A DNA stretch of 64,000 nt, taken from assembly GCF_000497125.1 (NCBI RefSeq), contig NC_090600.1:1633197-1697196 (forward strand), written 5' to 3'. Positions within the stretch are counted from its first letter, which is position 1. The number at the start of each line of letters is the position of its first letter. Shown in pieces: positions 1 through 13,164 of the stretch. The DNA is from Spironucleus salmonicida (Eukaryota). Made by a program: the position numbers and the translations under genes. Under the pieces are notes generated by a model. It worked only from the letters and a program-made list of their open reading frames with translations, was not told the origin of the DNA and did no database searches.

Positions 1-477
1 ATTAGGTACCATCCAATTTTCAATTTAATTAACACTATGCAATGCATAATCTATTTTGATCTACTATTTATAATATTAAAAAAATTATGAAATTGAATGT
101 AAATCTACGTCAATTTTATCTTTAATTAAACTATGGACCTTAAAAGATGTAGTCTTTAATATTCCCAGCGATTATATAACGGTGGCTAAAACTTTTTAAT
201 CAAATATGCTTAGATAACCCAAAATTTATTCAGGAGATATATCTATTACTTAAGCTTGTTTTATCATTTTAATTAACCGATATATATCATCTTTATTCAT
301 ATTTTCTAGTAAGCTAATGTCAATATAACGTTTTTATCTATGGATCAAAATAAAATGATCTATATCAGAAGTTGACAAAGGGAAGTCACAAAAAGAATCA
401 TTCTCCTCAAAAGAAACTTTATAACTAGAATCTGTAGAAGTATCTGAGCTATATTCACTTAATGTCCTTTCTGTCAT
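1..477 (-). CDS. Hypothetical protein, 5' part (runs off left edge)
   Basis: ATG at 477 after A-rich leader; MTERTLSEYSSDTSTDSSYKVSFEENDSF..., read with TAA/TAG=Gln. Confidence 0.55.
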
Positions 478-535
478 TTTAATTTAGATTTTTTTTCTGA
501 TATGAAGTGGTAAAAGTATAGATTAAATATAATAT

Positions 536-1234
536 TCATTGTGATTATTTGTATAAACACAAATGTTTTTGAATATCAAAATCATAAATTTGATTAATAA
601 ATTTAGTAACGAAAAGCTTATCATAATATATATAACTCCAGCACACTAAAGGTGATGGAAAAGGTGGGCTCAAATACTATTTAAAATTTTCAGATAGGTC
701 TAGTAAAATAGAATGAGAGTTTAAAAATGTAAAGACTATAAAAGAATCCGACTCAAATGAAACTATATCAGACTATAGAGTAACACCACTTTTGATTTTT
801 ATAATTTAATTTTGACTAACTTCATAAATGTTTAATTAATAATCTATAACATAAGTAATACCATTATAATAATGAATAATACAATTTTAAAATTCTTACA
901 GATACAATATATTACCTGACTAATCTAATACTGATAAATTTCCTTGGCTATAAACTAGAAATTTATCACCATACAAATCATAAGAATCAACTAGTTGTAA
1001 CTAAGATACTTCCTCAATATTATCTTGATTATATCTAAATAAATATGATTTATCGTTGTTTGAATGAATTCCATAGAACAAGTTACTAATATTAACTGAT
1101 TTAGAAGGATACTTTTAACTATATGGAAAGATAATTGGTTTATCCATGATTTTCTTTAACTCTAAGTTATACAATGAGGCTAAATTATTATCGTAAGAAT
1201 ATAAAATATTTTAATCTTTATGTAGGAATTGCAT
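536..1234 (-). CDS. Hypothetical protein (~232 aa)
   Basis: AAAATG start, MQFLHKDQNILYSYDNNLASLY..., in-frame TGA at 536-538. Confidence 0.5.
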
Positions 1235-1584
1235 TTTCGAAATTATGAACCTTCAGTAAATAATATATTATTAATATTAATTAATAGAAATTATTTAGAA
1301 TTTTAATGTCTATTTTTATACAAAAAATAATACTAGATGATTTACTCTTATAAGATAATTACTAACAAAATTATAATTGGTTCATAGATTTTACTTACAT
1401 ATTGAATTTCATACCCTTCATAATACATATTCATTCAATCTATAATAGTTAAGCCTAATATTGATTACTTAATGTTAGTTAATATTATATTTTTAAATAT
1501 CTCTAGTAAACAAATTATGTTGAAAATAACAAAATTATATATTTTTCTAATACATCATAGATAATATATTTTTACATTTCAATA

Positions 1585-2703
1585 ATGATTCTCATTCTTT
1601 AAATTGACTGCTAGGTTTCTACCTGTGCTGCGCTAAATTTCCTTCCTCACATATCGAGTATTCCAAAAAATATAGATTTGCGTGAACTTGGCCTTATTAC
1701 TAGTGCAAAGTCGTAGGGAAACTGCTTTGCTTCATTTGCTATTATCATGAACTCGTTACTAGAAAATGCTATTTTACTTGTTTAAGATGTCACGTAAAGA
1801 GATTTTTGGCGTAAAAATGCAAATGAGTTATCATTATCAACATAGTTTTTGTTAAGCAACACCCGTGGTGCTAGCGCTTATTGTGATGGAGGAGATGCAG
1901 TAAAAGGGCTTAATTATTTATATTCATCCAATATCACTACTGTAGAACTAGAAATTAATTTTCCATATAAACCAGAGCATTTTATAGAGAGATATTTTAA
2001 GAATAAGACTCTGAAACCTATACTGTAAGAACATGACTGGATACTACCATTTGAAATTTTATAAATTCAGGATATGATTGGGAAACAGAGCACTCCTATT
2101 ATAAGCTTAAATAAAGGAGGTTAAATGGATATAATGTAAGTTAAGCAATTTTTAGCTCGAGGTATAGCAGTTATTAGCAGCGTATATACTGGGATCTAAG
2201 AGTAATAGTTTAAAAATTATAATGGATCATTTGTTATGGATAATTATGGGTGTAACAATAAATTGATTTTTAAGTAAGTGCTGATTGTTGGCTACGGATT
2301 TTTCAAGGGGAAAGAAGTTTGGATCGTATAAAATACAGCAGGGCCATATTGGGGCAATCATGGGTTTTTCTATGTAACAATGTGGAATAATAATATGTGC
2401 ATTGAAGATAGCGCATTTTCTATCTTACCAAAATATTATGATATATCAAAAAGAGTATTTGATTCAAAGTATGAATCTAATTTCAATCTAAAACGAGGAT
2501 TTGATGGCCTAGATAACGATGACGGGAGTTTTAATGATTTAACTGGACTAAATAGTATTGCTATTACAATGATTGTTATTATCAGTATGGTCTTATTTTC
2601 CCTTTTGATGGCGGGGTTAATCTTGATTATATCAAAAATCAAGAAGACGTAAAAGCAATCCTACTTTAAGCTAGAAAACAAGGATTACTTATCGCGAGAT
2701 TGA
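1585..2703 (+). CDS. Papain-family (C1A) cysteine protease homolog, catalytic residues substituted, C-terminal TM helix
   Basis: IPKNIDLRELG..SQGNCFASFA, LSLSTQFL..CDGG, KQVLIVGYG, WIVQNTAGPYWG..GFFYV; hydrophobic IAITMIVIISMVLFSLLMAGLILII then a basic tail. Confidence 0.85.
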
Positions 2704-2747
2704 TAATATAGAACGAATGAATAAACAAATAATTAATATATATTCCT

Positions 2748-3476
2748 TCATACCCTATTTGACAGCTCGTCATCATCCTAATTATTTTTAATAGGGTAAA
2801 GCTCAGCACTTCTTCCAGCTTTGAGTCGAACAAACAAAACAACTTCTTCACGCTCTAAGCCTTCAATAACTCGCTTTTCATCCTTCCCAAATAGCATCTC
2901 TAAATTATCACCGTCAGATACTAACCTAACATGCCCGTTTACTTACGCACCAAACAGTACATGCCGTTAGTTGACGAGACATACACCACATAGACACAAC
3001 TCGTTTAGTTAAATACTGAATTACCCGACACCATTAATTAATGATCTTGCTGAGTAAAAAGTACTATAACTGAGGGCAGTGATCTTATTTTCTATAATTT
3101 ATGCTTTTGAAGACTGTTAAAAAGAGTCTGTCGGAAATAAAGTTTTAGACAAAAATAGTTTATCCATCAAAAAAATCTCTATCAGAACCTCTTGAGTTGG
3201 TGGAAAGGCAGCAAACAAGCTACCAATTTATTATCCACAAATAACAGGCACCTGGCTTCTATTAATACGAAGTAAAATAATATTTTATAATGTTTCAAAG
3301 GACGCAGATGCTATTCGGTGGTTCTTTGAGTTTCTGAGATCAGGAAATATTCGAATTTATGCGTTTAGCCCGAAGTAAAACTAAGAAATCTTAAATTATA
3401 TATCTGACTTCTCTATAATTGGCATTGAGTCACCAAACAGATTATATAATTAGTATATGATGTGGGACTAAGTCAT
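2748..3476 (-). CDS. Hypothetical protein (242 aa)
   Basis: TGA-free frame MTQSHIIYQLYNLFGDSMP...DDELSNRV*. Confidence 0.7.
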
Positions 3477-3527
3477 GTTAGATTGAAAAATAATATATAT
3501 TATTATATAGCATAAAATATATATATA

Positions 3528-5663
3528 TCAATCATCAAAATATGATTTTCTAACAGAAGATGTATCTATCTTAAAGCCGACACCACCGTGTTTTCTCTTA
3601 TTTTTAGTAGTTCTATAATCTTAACCACATTTATCATTGAAAGGCCGATCATTAACAGAGTGTTATTATCTATCAGAATATTATCTAGTTTGACCTTTAT
3701 CTGAATTTTGACTACGATAATTATTTTGCATATTTTTCGGTTATTAAATAGAAGATGAAGATTCTTAATCAACAACTATCTTGGAAGTCTGATTTGGCTA
3801 TTTTTAGGCTGGTGCTGAATCTGAGCTTGAACTGGAAGATGAATCAGAGCTTGAAGAGCTTTTAGGTTTAGAGCTTGGGGAGCTTGGGATGGAAGATGAA
3901 TCAGAGCTTGAAGAGCTTTTAGGTTTAGAGCTTGGGGAGCTTGGGATGGAAGATGAATCAGAGCTTGAAGAGCTTTTAGGTTTAGAGCTTGGGGAGCTTG
4001 GGATGGAAGATGAATCAGAGCTTGAAGAGCTTTTAGGTTTAGAGCTTGGGGAGCTTGGGATGGAAGATGAATCAGAGCTTGAAGATGCTGACTTTATCAC
4101 TTTCCTGGCAGGAGGTGGGCTTGAACTGGAAGATGAATCAGAGCTTGAAGATGCTGACTTTATCACTTTCCTGGCAGGAGGTGGGCTTGAACTGGAAGAT
4201 GAATCAGAGCTTGAAGAGCTTTTAGGTTTAGAGCTTGGGGAGCTTGGGATGGAAGATGAATCAGAGCTTGAAGAGCTTTTAGGTTTAGAGCTTGGGGAGC
4301 TTGGGATGGAAGATGAATCAGAGCTTGAAGAGCTTTTAGGTTTAGAGCTTGGGGAGCTTGGGATGGAAGATGAATCAGAGCTTGAAGAGCTTTTAGGTTT
4401 AGAGCTTGGGGAGCTTGGGATGGAAGATGAATCAGAGCTTGAAGATGCTGACTTTATCACTTTCCTGGCAGGAGGTGGGCTTGAACTGGAAGATGAATCA
4501 GAGCTTGAAGATGCTGACTTTATCACTTTCCTGGCAGGAGGTGGGCTTGAACTGGAAGATGAATCAGAGCTTGAAGATGCTGACTTTATCACTTTCCTGG
4601 CAGGAGGTGGGCTTGAACTGGAAGATGAATCAGAGCTTGAAGATGCTGACTTTATCACTTTCCTGGCAGGAGGTGGGCTTGAACTGGAAGATGAATCAGA
4701 GCTTGAAGATGCTGACTTTATCACTTTCCTGGCAGGAGGTGGGCTTGAACTGGAAGATGAATCAGAGCTTGAAGATGCTGACTTTATCACTTTCCTGGCA
4801 GGAGGTGGGCTTGAACTGGAAGATGAATCAGAGCTTGAAGATGCTGACTTTATCACTTTCCTGGCAGGAGGTGGGCTTGAACTGGAAGATGAATCAGAGC
4901 TTGAAGATGCTGACTTTATCACTTTCCTGGCAGGAGGTGGGCTTGAACTGGAAGATGAATCAGAGCTTGAAGATGCTGACTTTATCACTTTCCTGGCAGG
5001 AGGTGGGCTTGAACTGGAAGATGAATCAGAGCTTGAAGATGCTGACTTTATCACTTTCCTGGCAGGAGGTGGGCTTGAACTGGAAGATGAATCAGAGCTT
5101 GAAGATGCTGACTTTATCACTTTCCTGGCAGGAGGTGGGCTTGAACTGGAAGATGAATCAGAGCTTGAAGATGCTGACTTTATCACTTTCCTGGCAGGAG
5201 GTGGGCTTGAACTGGAAGATGAATCAGAGCTTGAAGATGCTGACTTTATCACTTTCCTGGCAGGAGGTGGGCTTGAACTGGAAGATGAATCAGAGCTTGA
5301 AGATGCTGACTTTATCACTTTCCTGGCAGGAGGTGGGCTTGAACTGGAAGATGAATCAGAGCTTGAAGATGCTGACTTTATCACTTTCCTGGCAGGAGGT
5401 GGGCTTGAACTGGAAGATGAATCAGAGCTTGAAGATGCTGACTTTATCACTTTCCTGGCAGGAGGTGGGCTTGAACTGGAAGATGAATCAGAGCTTGAAG
5501 ATGCTGAATTCTTGATATTTTTTTAAATCGGTTCATTATCCGAAAAAGTTAATTTATTGATTGTATTTATTAATTCTTTTTCTATAATTTTTTAATCAAT
5601 CTTAGTTTATGAAGATAGCATAGAGGATAATGACTTTGTTAGATCCTATGTCTACTTATTCAT
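3528..5663 (-). CDS. Nopp140/Srp40-like nucleolar phosphoprotein (711 aa)
   Basis: Alternating Ser/Asp and Pro/Lys repeats; C-terminus DKCGQDYRTTKNKRKHGGVGFKIDTSSVRKSYFDD resembles the SRP40_C domain; continuous frame under code 6. Confidence 0.75.
3826..5507. repeat. Coding tandem repeat of 66-bp and 57-bp units with a 360-bp higher-order duplication
   Basis: 66 bp (SASSSSDSSSSSSPPPARKVIK) ~16 consecutive plus 2; 57 bp (SSSSSDSSSIPSSPSSKPK) in two blocks of 4; lines at 3841 and 4201 are identical. Confidence 0.95.
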
Positions 5664-5730
5664 TGAATTAAAGTGGAAAAAGAAAATGTTTTATTATTAT
5701 AATATATTATATAACTGATCTACAAAATAA

Positions 5731-6600
5731 ATGTCAAAATAGATTTGGGGGTATAATTAAAGCACCATGACTCCGGCTAAGATAAAGTAAAGGTCATAAT
5801 AACTAAAATCTTCTAAGAAGTTATAATAAGAGCTATATATAGATAATAAATAATTGTCTGAAGATCAAATTAATAAAATATTTTTTGTTAATGAAGACTA
5901 CATTTCAGAAGAGCTTGACAAGAAAAATAATTTAGTTATTAAAATTGCTGAGCTGATTATTCCGATGTCAAAATAATTTGAATCTTCCCATATAAAAGAT
6001 TTTCTAAATTTTTAATCTCTTTTTAGACTTTACACCTTCAAAACACCCCAATTGTAACTGAAAACTTATTTTAACCCTACAAAATCTACCCCATATTTCA
6101 CAAAAATGACTCGAAATGAAATACTCATGTTTAAATTTGTCTTTAAATAGTTTGGCTTAACGTTTAAAACTGTAGAACAAATGTCAATTTAGCTATTTTA
6201 GTACTTCACCTCTATTTCTAATAGCTTAATTTCGAACTAATTTACAATAAATATGTCTTTATACGAAAGATATAAAATTACTGTATTAACCAATATTGGT
6301 AATGAATTTGATATTTGTAATGTGGAGAATGACATAGATTTTGCGTCAAGACTTAAATAAATTTTCGAGTCAAAACCCAGATAAACTGTAATTTTAGAGC
6401 TAAAATTGAAGTTATTTAAATTATATTCTGCCCAAGAACATAATTTTCCTGAAGTGGAAAACGTTTTAAAAATTAATTTTCCTGGCGTGTTTAAGGGTTC
6501 TGTTGTTACTTTTCTACTTTAAATGATATAGATGGCATAATAAATTTTTGGGAAGAGTATTTTTTAATATTTTTAAAGTAAGTAAAGTGATTTTGACTGA
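5731..6600 (+). CDS. Hypothetical protein (289 aa)
   Basis: MSKQIWGYNQSTMTPAK...KQSDFD*. Confidence 0.7.
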
Positions 6601-6652
6601 TTATAAGAATAATTATATATAACGTATATATTCTCTTCTTTTTTCACTTCAA

Positions 6653-9600
6653 ATGAATCCTGATCAGCCTTAAGAGCACAAAGCTCGTTCAAAATCTGGA
6701 AATAATAGAAAAACAAAGGAAACTAAGCTCAAAAATATTAGATCATCGTCATAGAGAGGTGCTAAAGCTTCTGCATTACGTAATCCTAAAAATGAGAGAT
6801 TTAAATTATAACGTGCTGCCTAAATAGAACACTTAACCGCAAAAGTACCAACAGTAAATATTACTGCAAAATTACCCCCGCCAGATGTTGTTGCAGTGAT
6901 TGGACCTGCTTAATCTGGTAAAACTACTATTGTAAAGTAACTTATAAAGTAATGGACAGGTGTTTAGGTCACTCCTATCGGTCCTGTAACTGTATCTGCA
7001 AGTAAAACAAAGAGAATAACTATTTTTGATGTACCTAGTAATATTCCTGCCGTTTTGGATGCAGCACGTGTAGCTGACTTAGTAATAATAGTTATTAATG
7101 CAGAAAAGGATATTGAAACTGATGTTTTCGAGTATCTTAATGTTTTGTAAGCAATAGGTTTTCCTAAAGTATTTACGGTTGTTACACATGAGGATTGTTT
7201 TGCTAAAGTTTCCCATAAATAACGTAATAATAAGAAATTAAGAGAACGAATTTATAAAGAAATTTATCAAGGAAGTAAAATATTTTTCCTTGATTGGTAA
7301 AGCCATTCTTATAAAAATGATCAAATGGCTACATTATCACGATGTATTTCTTAGTAAAATTACAATATACCTTTATCTTGGCGGTCATAGCATGGATGCG
7401 TGTTAGTAGATAGGGTGGAATAACATGTTAATAATACAACAACTTGCTTTGGTTTTGTCCATGGGACTTTTATTAATACTCATTAAAAATTTCATATTCC
7501 TGGATATCAGGATGTTGATCCAGTTAATTTTGAAGTATTATAAGATCCAGCTATGCCAGAAAATAGAAAAGTATTACAAAAAGAAAAACCTGTTGTATAT
7601 GGACCAATGAGCGAAATAAATGATGTACGTATAGATGATGCGGGGGTTCATGTTAAAATAAATTTAAAATAAACACCAGGGCGACTTGGAAGAGAAGAGA
7701 AAGATGTAATATCATCTCTTAAGGCATCCTTAGCTGTATCTAAATAAGGTATCTAACTTCTTGACGATGCAGAATAGGACTTAAATCATATATTACCTTC
7801 TGATTAAGATGAGCCAGAGGAATAAGAGTTTTTATGTGAGGAACACTCTGAAAACATTCACGAAGATATTAACGAAATAACTTAGTAGAACTAATGGCTT
7901 GTAGATGAAACCAAAGGTAACGATTCATATCCAAAATCTGTTGAAAGTTTTGAATCTACTGCCAGTAACTTAGATGACGTTGAAATTCAGGAGGAAAAGT
8001 TTGAAATAGAGGAATAATAGTAGGAATTGGAGGAAGCTAATTTAAATAACGAAGAATTTAGAGTTAATCATATATTGAAAAAACTAAAATTAAATAAATA
8101 ATAAGCATCATAACAATATTGGGCGGATTTAATCTATAATTTCCATAAGACATCAGTTTCTTCTCCTACTTAAAAAGCAAAAGATAGTAAGAAGTAAAAA
8201 ATACTATAATTATTTGAGGATGATGAAATAGATCAAAACTTAGTAAATATTTAGTCATTACCTGCTAGCTTTTGTTCTGTTTATGGTATAAATACTTTTA
8301 GTAATTCTTAGATTAGAGGTATAACAAAATAATTCCCTACATCATTTTCATTTAAAAAGCAAATTGGACAGGAAGCTTCTATAAATATAATGCTTTCAAC
8401 ATATATTAAAAATGCATTTATTACGACAGATATAGATTTTTCTACAGCATTATCCAAATGTTTAAATGGTGAATAACCAGTTGTTGAATAGGAAGTTAAA
8501 GACACGAATTAATATAAACTTGACTCTTAATATCATGATAATCTTACACATTAAGCAAATCAAGCAAAATAGAGAGAAACTTTACTGAACCCTTCACTTT
8601 AACTTAAAGAAACTCGTTTTCCTCCAGGTTCTTATGTCAAATTTACTTTCGACTCAATTCCTGAGTTTTAGTAAAATTTAGACCCACATAATCCGTTAAT
8701 ATTAGGAGCATTATTGCCATAGGAGACAAACAAAAAATTTATTACTGCCCGTATTAAAAGACATCGTTGGTATCCTAAAATTTTAAAATCCAGAAATCCT
8801 CTTATTTTTGCAATGGGGTGGCGTAGATTTTAATCGCTTCCAACATTTGCCAGTGAACAAATGGAGCATCATGAGGCGAATCTTGATACTGCCTTAGTTA
8901 CAGATTCTCCTCCACTCAAAATGCTTAAATATACACCCGAACATATGCATTGTGCTGCTATTTTCTTTGGGTACGGGGTTCCTGCAGGTACTGGCGTTAT
9001 CTGCTTTTAAAATCTTAACTCCAAAACATGGAGAGTAGCTGCCACAGGAACAACATTAGAATCTGGAGAATTCCATCATGTTTTCAAACGTTTAAAACTA
9101 GTTGGTTTCCCAGATAAAATAATGCAAAAAACTTGTTATCTTAAAGACATGTTCAACACGAAAAACGAAGCCTCCGCTTTTGTAGGAGCAGAGGTAAAAA
9201 CAGTAAGCGGTATTCGTGGAATTCTGAAAAAGGGTGAAGAAGGCGGTCGCGTGATTTGCAAATTTGAAGATCGGGTGAGGATGACAGACGTTATGTTCCT
9301 AAAGACAAATGTAAAAGTGAAAATTGACAAAATTTGCATTAATTTTGATAATCATGTGTCTAAAGACTTCGTTGGAGTGCGAACTGTCGCTGAAATCAGA
9401 CACGAGAAAGGTATAACCTTGACATATAACAATGATAGTTAATATTAAAAAGAGTAAAAGGAGATTTTTGTTAAACCAGAATTGCACATTAATGAAAAGG
9501 TGATGAAATAGTTACCGTTTGCTGAGCAAAAGAAGCATTTTGATAAAAATTAAGATTTTAAAAAACAAAACATCAAGGATTAATATATGAAAAGCTTGGT

Positions 9601-9844
9601 TTAAGGAAAGAAGTAGTTTGACCGAGAACGTATTGTCTAATTGGCAACAAAGATTCAAAATACGGACTTGCAAGACTAGTTAGAAAAGCAGAGTAAAGAG
9701 CTTCATGCATAGCAGCAATGGAAAAAAGGTATGAACAAAAAGAAAGATAATATATCAGCAGAGAAGAAAAAGGAAGAATCAACTAAAAAGAGGGTGATCA
9801 TAGGGCGTGCATAATAACGAGTTCTTAAAAGGGGTAAATTATGA
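6653..9844 (+). CDS. BMS1: Ribosome biogenesis GTPase BMS1
   Basis: [90 protein letters not shown]. Confidence 0.95.
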
Positions 9845-9882
9845 TTGGTTGTTATTATATAATATATGAAATAAATATAAAA

Positions 9883-10512
9883 ATGAATGATAAACTAGAT
9901 TCACTAGAGGTCCAGTTTTAGCATCTTGTAGATAGTTTTGGTGAATAAATAATAACTTAAAAAATAATTTACAGAAATAATGAGTATTAGAAATCTTCAC
10001 CTGTAGTAAAGAAGCCAATACAGATTTAAACCGATACTGCTGTTGCTGATTTAGTTAAAATTTATAATAAACGCGTAAGCGAACTAAATAAGTATGTTAA
10101 GACTAAAGATTTAACATGCTATGAAAACAAAGTTCAGAATTAGTTAATTGAAAAATATCATGCCACAGATTATTAAATTTAATCATTCAAACCTAGTTAT
10201 AGGTAAAATTGTTAGACTAGGAATGATGGTTTTTTAGCATAATTTTTGGCATAATTTTGTCCTTAAGTTGTTACAGAATGTGACTGGTAGAGTATTTTAA
10301 AAGTTGTATAGCGAAAGTTATAAAATGTTAGAAACCAAGCTACATTGTTGTACTTTAATACAATTTAACAATATTGTGATAATTCAGATGTCATGAGGGG
10401 TATGAGAGATGTCGGATTTATTTTAGGTAAAAGTAAGACTTGGATAAGTGGAGAAAGATTAGAAATTTAGTTATATAATGAAGAGCATAGCGAAGATTAT
10501 GATTTTACATGA
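9883..10512 (+). CDS. Hypothetical protein (209 aa)
   Basis: MNDKLDSLEVQFQHLVDSF...EDYDFT*. Confidence 0.65.
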
Positions 10513-10570
10513 TTATTATATATCTTTTAGAATATATATTAGATTCTTTAAAATTTACCTTTCTTTTTTA

Positions 10571-10945
10571 ATGCAAAGTTAAACAATGCTCAAATAATTA
10601 GGTGATCTTTTAGCTGAGGCCAGAAATACATATTATAAACTCTAAAATGCTTAAACTAAAGTATCTATGATTAGGTAAAAGCAAGCTCAATATCATACTA
10701 CTATTTTATTATAAAAGTTAAAAATGTCTGACCATCTAGATAAAATATTTAGCTAAAACTCATAGATACTATAAGCAATATAGGAATAAAAATATTCATA
10801 GCACTAATAGAATAATAAAGCCACCAAGTATCCACCCAAACCATTTTCTTAGAATGAACCTTTCAGAAATGATCTTACACCAAAAGCTACAGTTAGTGCT
10901 TAGCCTCCTCGTTATAAACAGGTTGTACCTATTTAATATGTGTGA
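10571..10945 (+). CDS. Hypothetical protein (124 aa)
   Basis: MQSQTMLKQLGDLLAEAR...VVPIQYV*. Confidence 0.6.
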
Positions 10946-11021
10946 TTATTATTATTATTATGCTAGTTGCTTATGCATGTATTATTATATACAAATTTAA
11001 TAATACTATATCCACTCCACT

Positions 11022-11666
11022 ATGAACTTTGAAGATCTTCCATCTTTCTTTTAAACAGAACAGTCAATCACTGATGGTTCAGAATATTAATCTATAAGTA
11101 CTACGATTCCAAACACAATTGAACCAAAAATCAAATTTGTTGCCCCAACACCATAGCTTTTAGCCTAGAATTCAATTGTAGTAGATAAAAAAACATTTAT
11201 CGAACTAGGTTATTTAGTTCAAAACAAGAATTTTGTAGTTTAATAAGCCAAATAGAAAGCTAATTTAATATATAATAAATAAAAAATTCATTAATCACTA
11301 CCTTAAAGTTATAGGTCTTCTAGACCAGAGCGTTAAAAGTTCAGATGGGAAATTTAATAGTAAACAGTATTTGCAATTGTAGTTTCTGGTCTAGGAATAT
11401 CATCAGCTAGGCCGAAATAAATTTTGCCTTTAATGCCAGTAGAGTATAACCTGGACCAATAAATGATTGCCTCTCACTTACAAAAATATCGCTAAAAGAT
11501 TATAAAAGATTTTAATTTGTCCTCAATGAATGATATTTAAAACTAATTTTATCCTTAACATATCACAAGTCCAATAGTCAAAGAAATTTCCGATAAATGG
11601 AAAGGGGATGCTGCATTTCATGGCTATACTGAAGGATAAATAAAAGAGATTATTAGGAGTTTGTGA
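11022..11666 (+). CDS. Hypothetical protein (214 aa)
   Basis: MNFEDLPSFFQTEQ...KEIIRSL*; C-rich leader tccactccac. Confidence 0.65.
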
Positions 11667-11697
11667 ATTAACTTAATTTATTTAACATAGTTTTCAT

Positions 11698-13092
11698 TCA
11701 AGTTCTGTATTCGTCAAGTTTTGAAGCTACGAAATCGAATACTTTACTTCTCATATTCTATAGCTAGATAGGATCATCTTTAGATTCGGTGTGGAGGTCA
11801 GCACAATGGCCACTATCTCTGCTATCAATAAATATATAATTAGGCGAATTAGGTTTTTCAGTGGTGACTCCACAAATATGCCAAACATCTTGCCAAAAAT
11901 TTGTAAATATAGTATCATTACCATACACCATATCTGAACCATAATAATCGTTGGTCCTTTTAACTATACCTTCCATAATATCATAATTTAAACTCATATT
12001 AAAGGCATAATTACAAACATCATAATGATATTATAAAGTGACTTTCTAGCTCCTAATACTATTAAATTACGGAGCTGGCTAAAAGTAAGCAAACTCAGAA
12101 CACGTCTGATACCACCACTATCTAAACGCATCTGATTATCCTACATTTGCATTTTTAAGGTTAACTCTAGAATAAGGTGCGAAATCATATCTTTCTTTAA
12201 TATACTACAAAAATGCTATAGTCACATTTCCAGAATCTCTATAAACATTATTCAAATTATGTTAACATATATCTGTCCAACTTCCATACTAAAACGCCAT
12301 TAACCCTGCATCAGCTAAAAAATAGTAAAAATCGTCAATAAATCCATCTGCAGCCACCAATTCTGGTTCAATATTCAATAAATCTATCGGCCATGAACTA
12401 CCATTTTCTAATGCTTCCTCTATCTCTCTCATTGCAATATTATACGCATAACCACAAGGTGTTCCTGCAGCAGCGAAAGTATGTTAATCAAATTCTGGAA
12501 TTGAATGAATAGCATTTACAACACCAGAACTAGAAACACCAGCAGCAAACATGAACTATAACTTTTACATTATGAAGCCAGTTACAGCTCCAGGATAACT
12601 TCCTCCGGCAATTATCCATTTGAAACACAATTTTCCGTCTATACGTTCAGTTTTGCAATATTTTTGATCCATTTAGTCGATAAAATTAGCCAAATCAGCA
12701 ATGGCCTGTTAAGAGTTCAACAAGTGCAGATTTTAGTTCTATGCATCAAATTTATCTCCATATTTAAAAGGATGAGACTTGCCATAAAAACGATGTTCGA
12801 GTGCAAAAATCATTGCATTCTAATCGCGAGCAATTTTACCTAGTATGTCTATTTGACTAGCATCTCCCCCAGGAGCAGCACGTAAAGCTCCTTCACCGCC
12901 TATTTCGATGATCATTGTTGATGTAGTATTAGCATAAAAATTTGAATTCTGAAAATAACGCTGTTCAAATAGTGTAAAATAATTTTTATTGAAATGGAAA
13001 TGGTCAATACGTTATTTGAAATAAAACTCAGTGGATGGTGTTCTTAGCATTGTGTAGTGCTGATTAGTTAATTTAGATAGTAAAATCAACAT
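11698..13092 (-). CDS. Serine peptidase family S28 (prolyl carboxypeptidase/thymus-specific serine protease-like)
   Basis: QRIDHF, FEQRYF, IGGEG, LEHRFYGKSHP, LNSQQAIADLA, WIIAGGSYPG (Ser), QDVWH (Asp), GHCADL (His). Confidence 0.92.
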
Positions 13093-13164
13093 TTTAAAAT
13101 GAAGGGGTTTAGTATATGTTTAATACATAATAATCATAAATAAAGTTTTGATTTATTTGTTAAC

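Noticed and set aside
3889-5526. Long plus-strand ORFs (545 aa MEDESELEE..., 369 aa MGSLGWK...)
   Set aside because: They are shadows of the stop-free repeat; the minus frame has a unique N-terminus and an SRP40_C-like C-terminus
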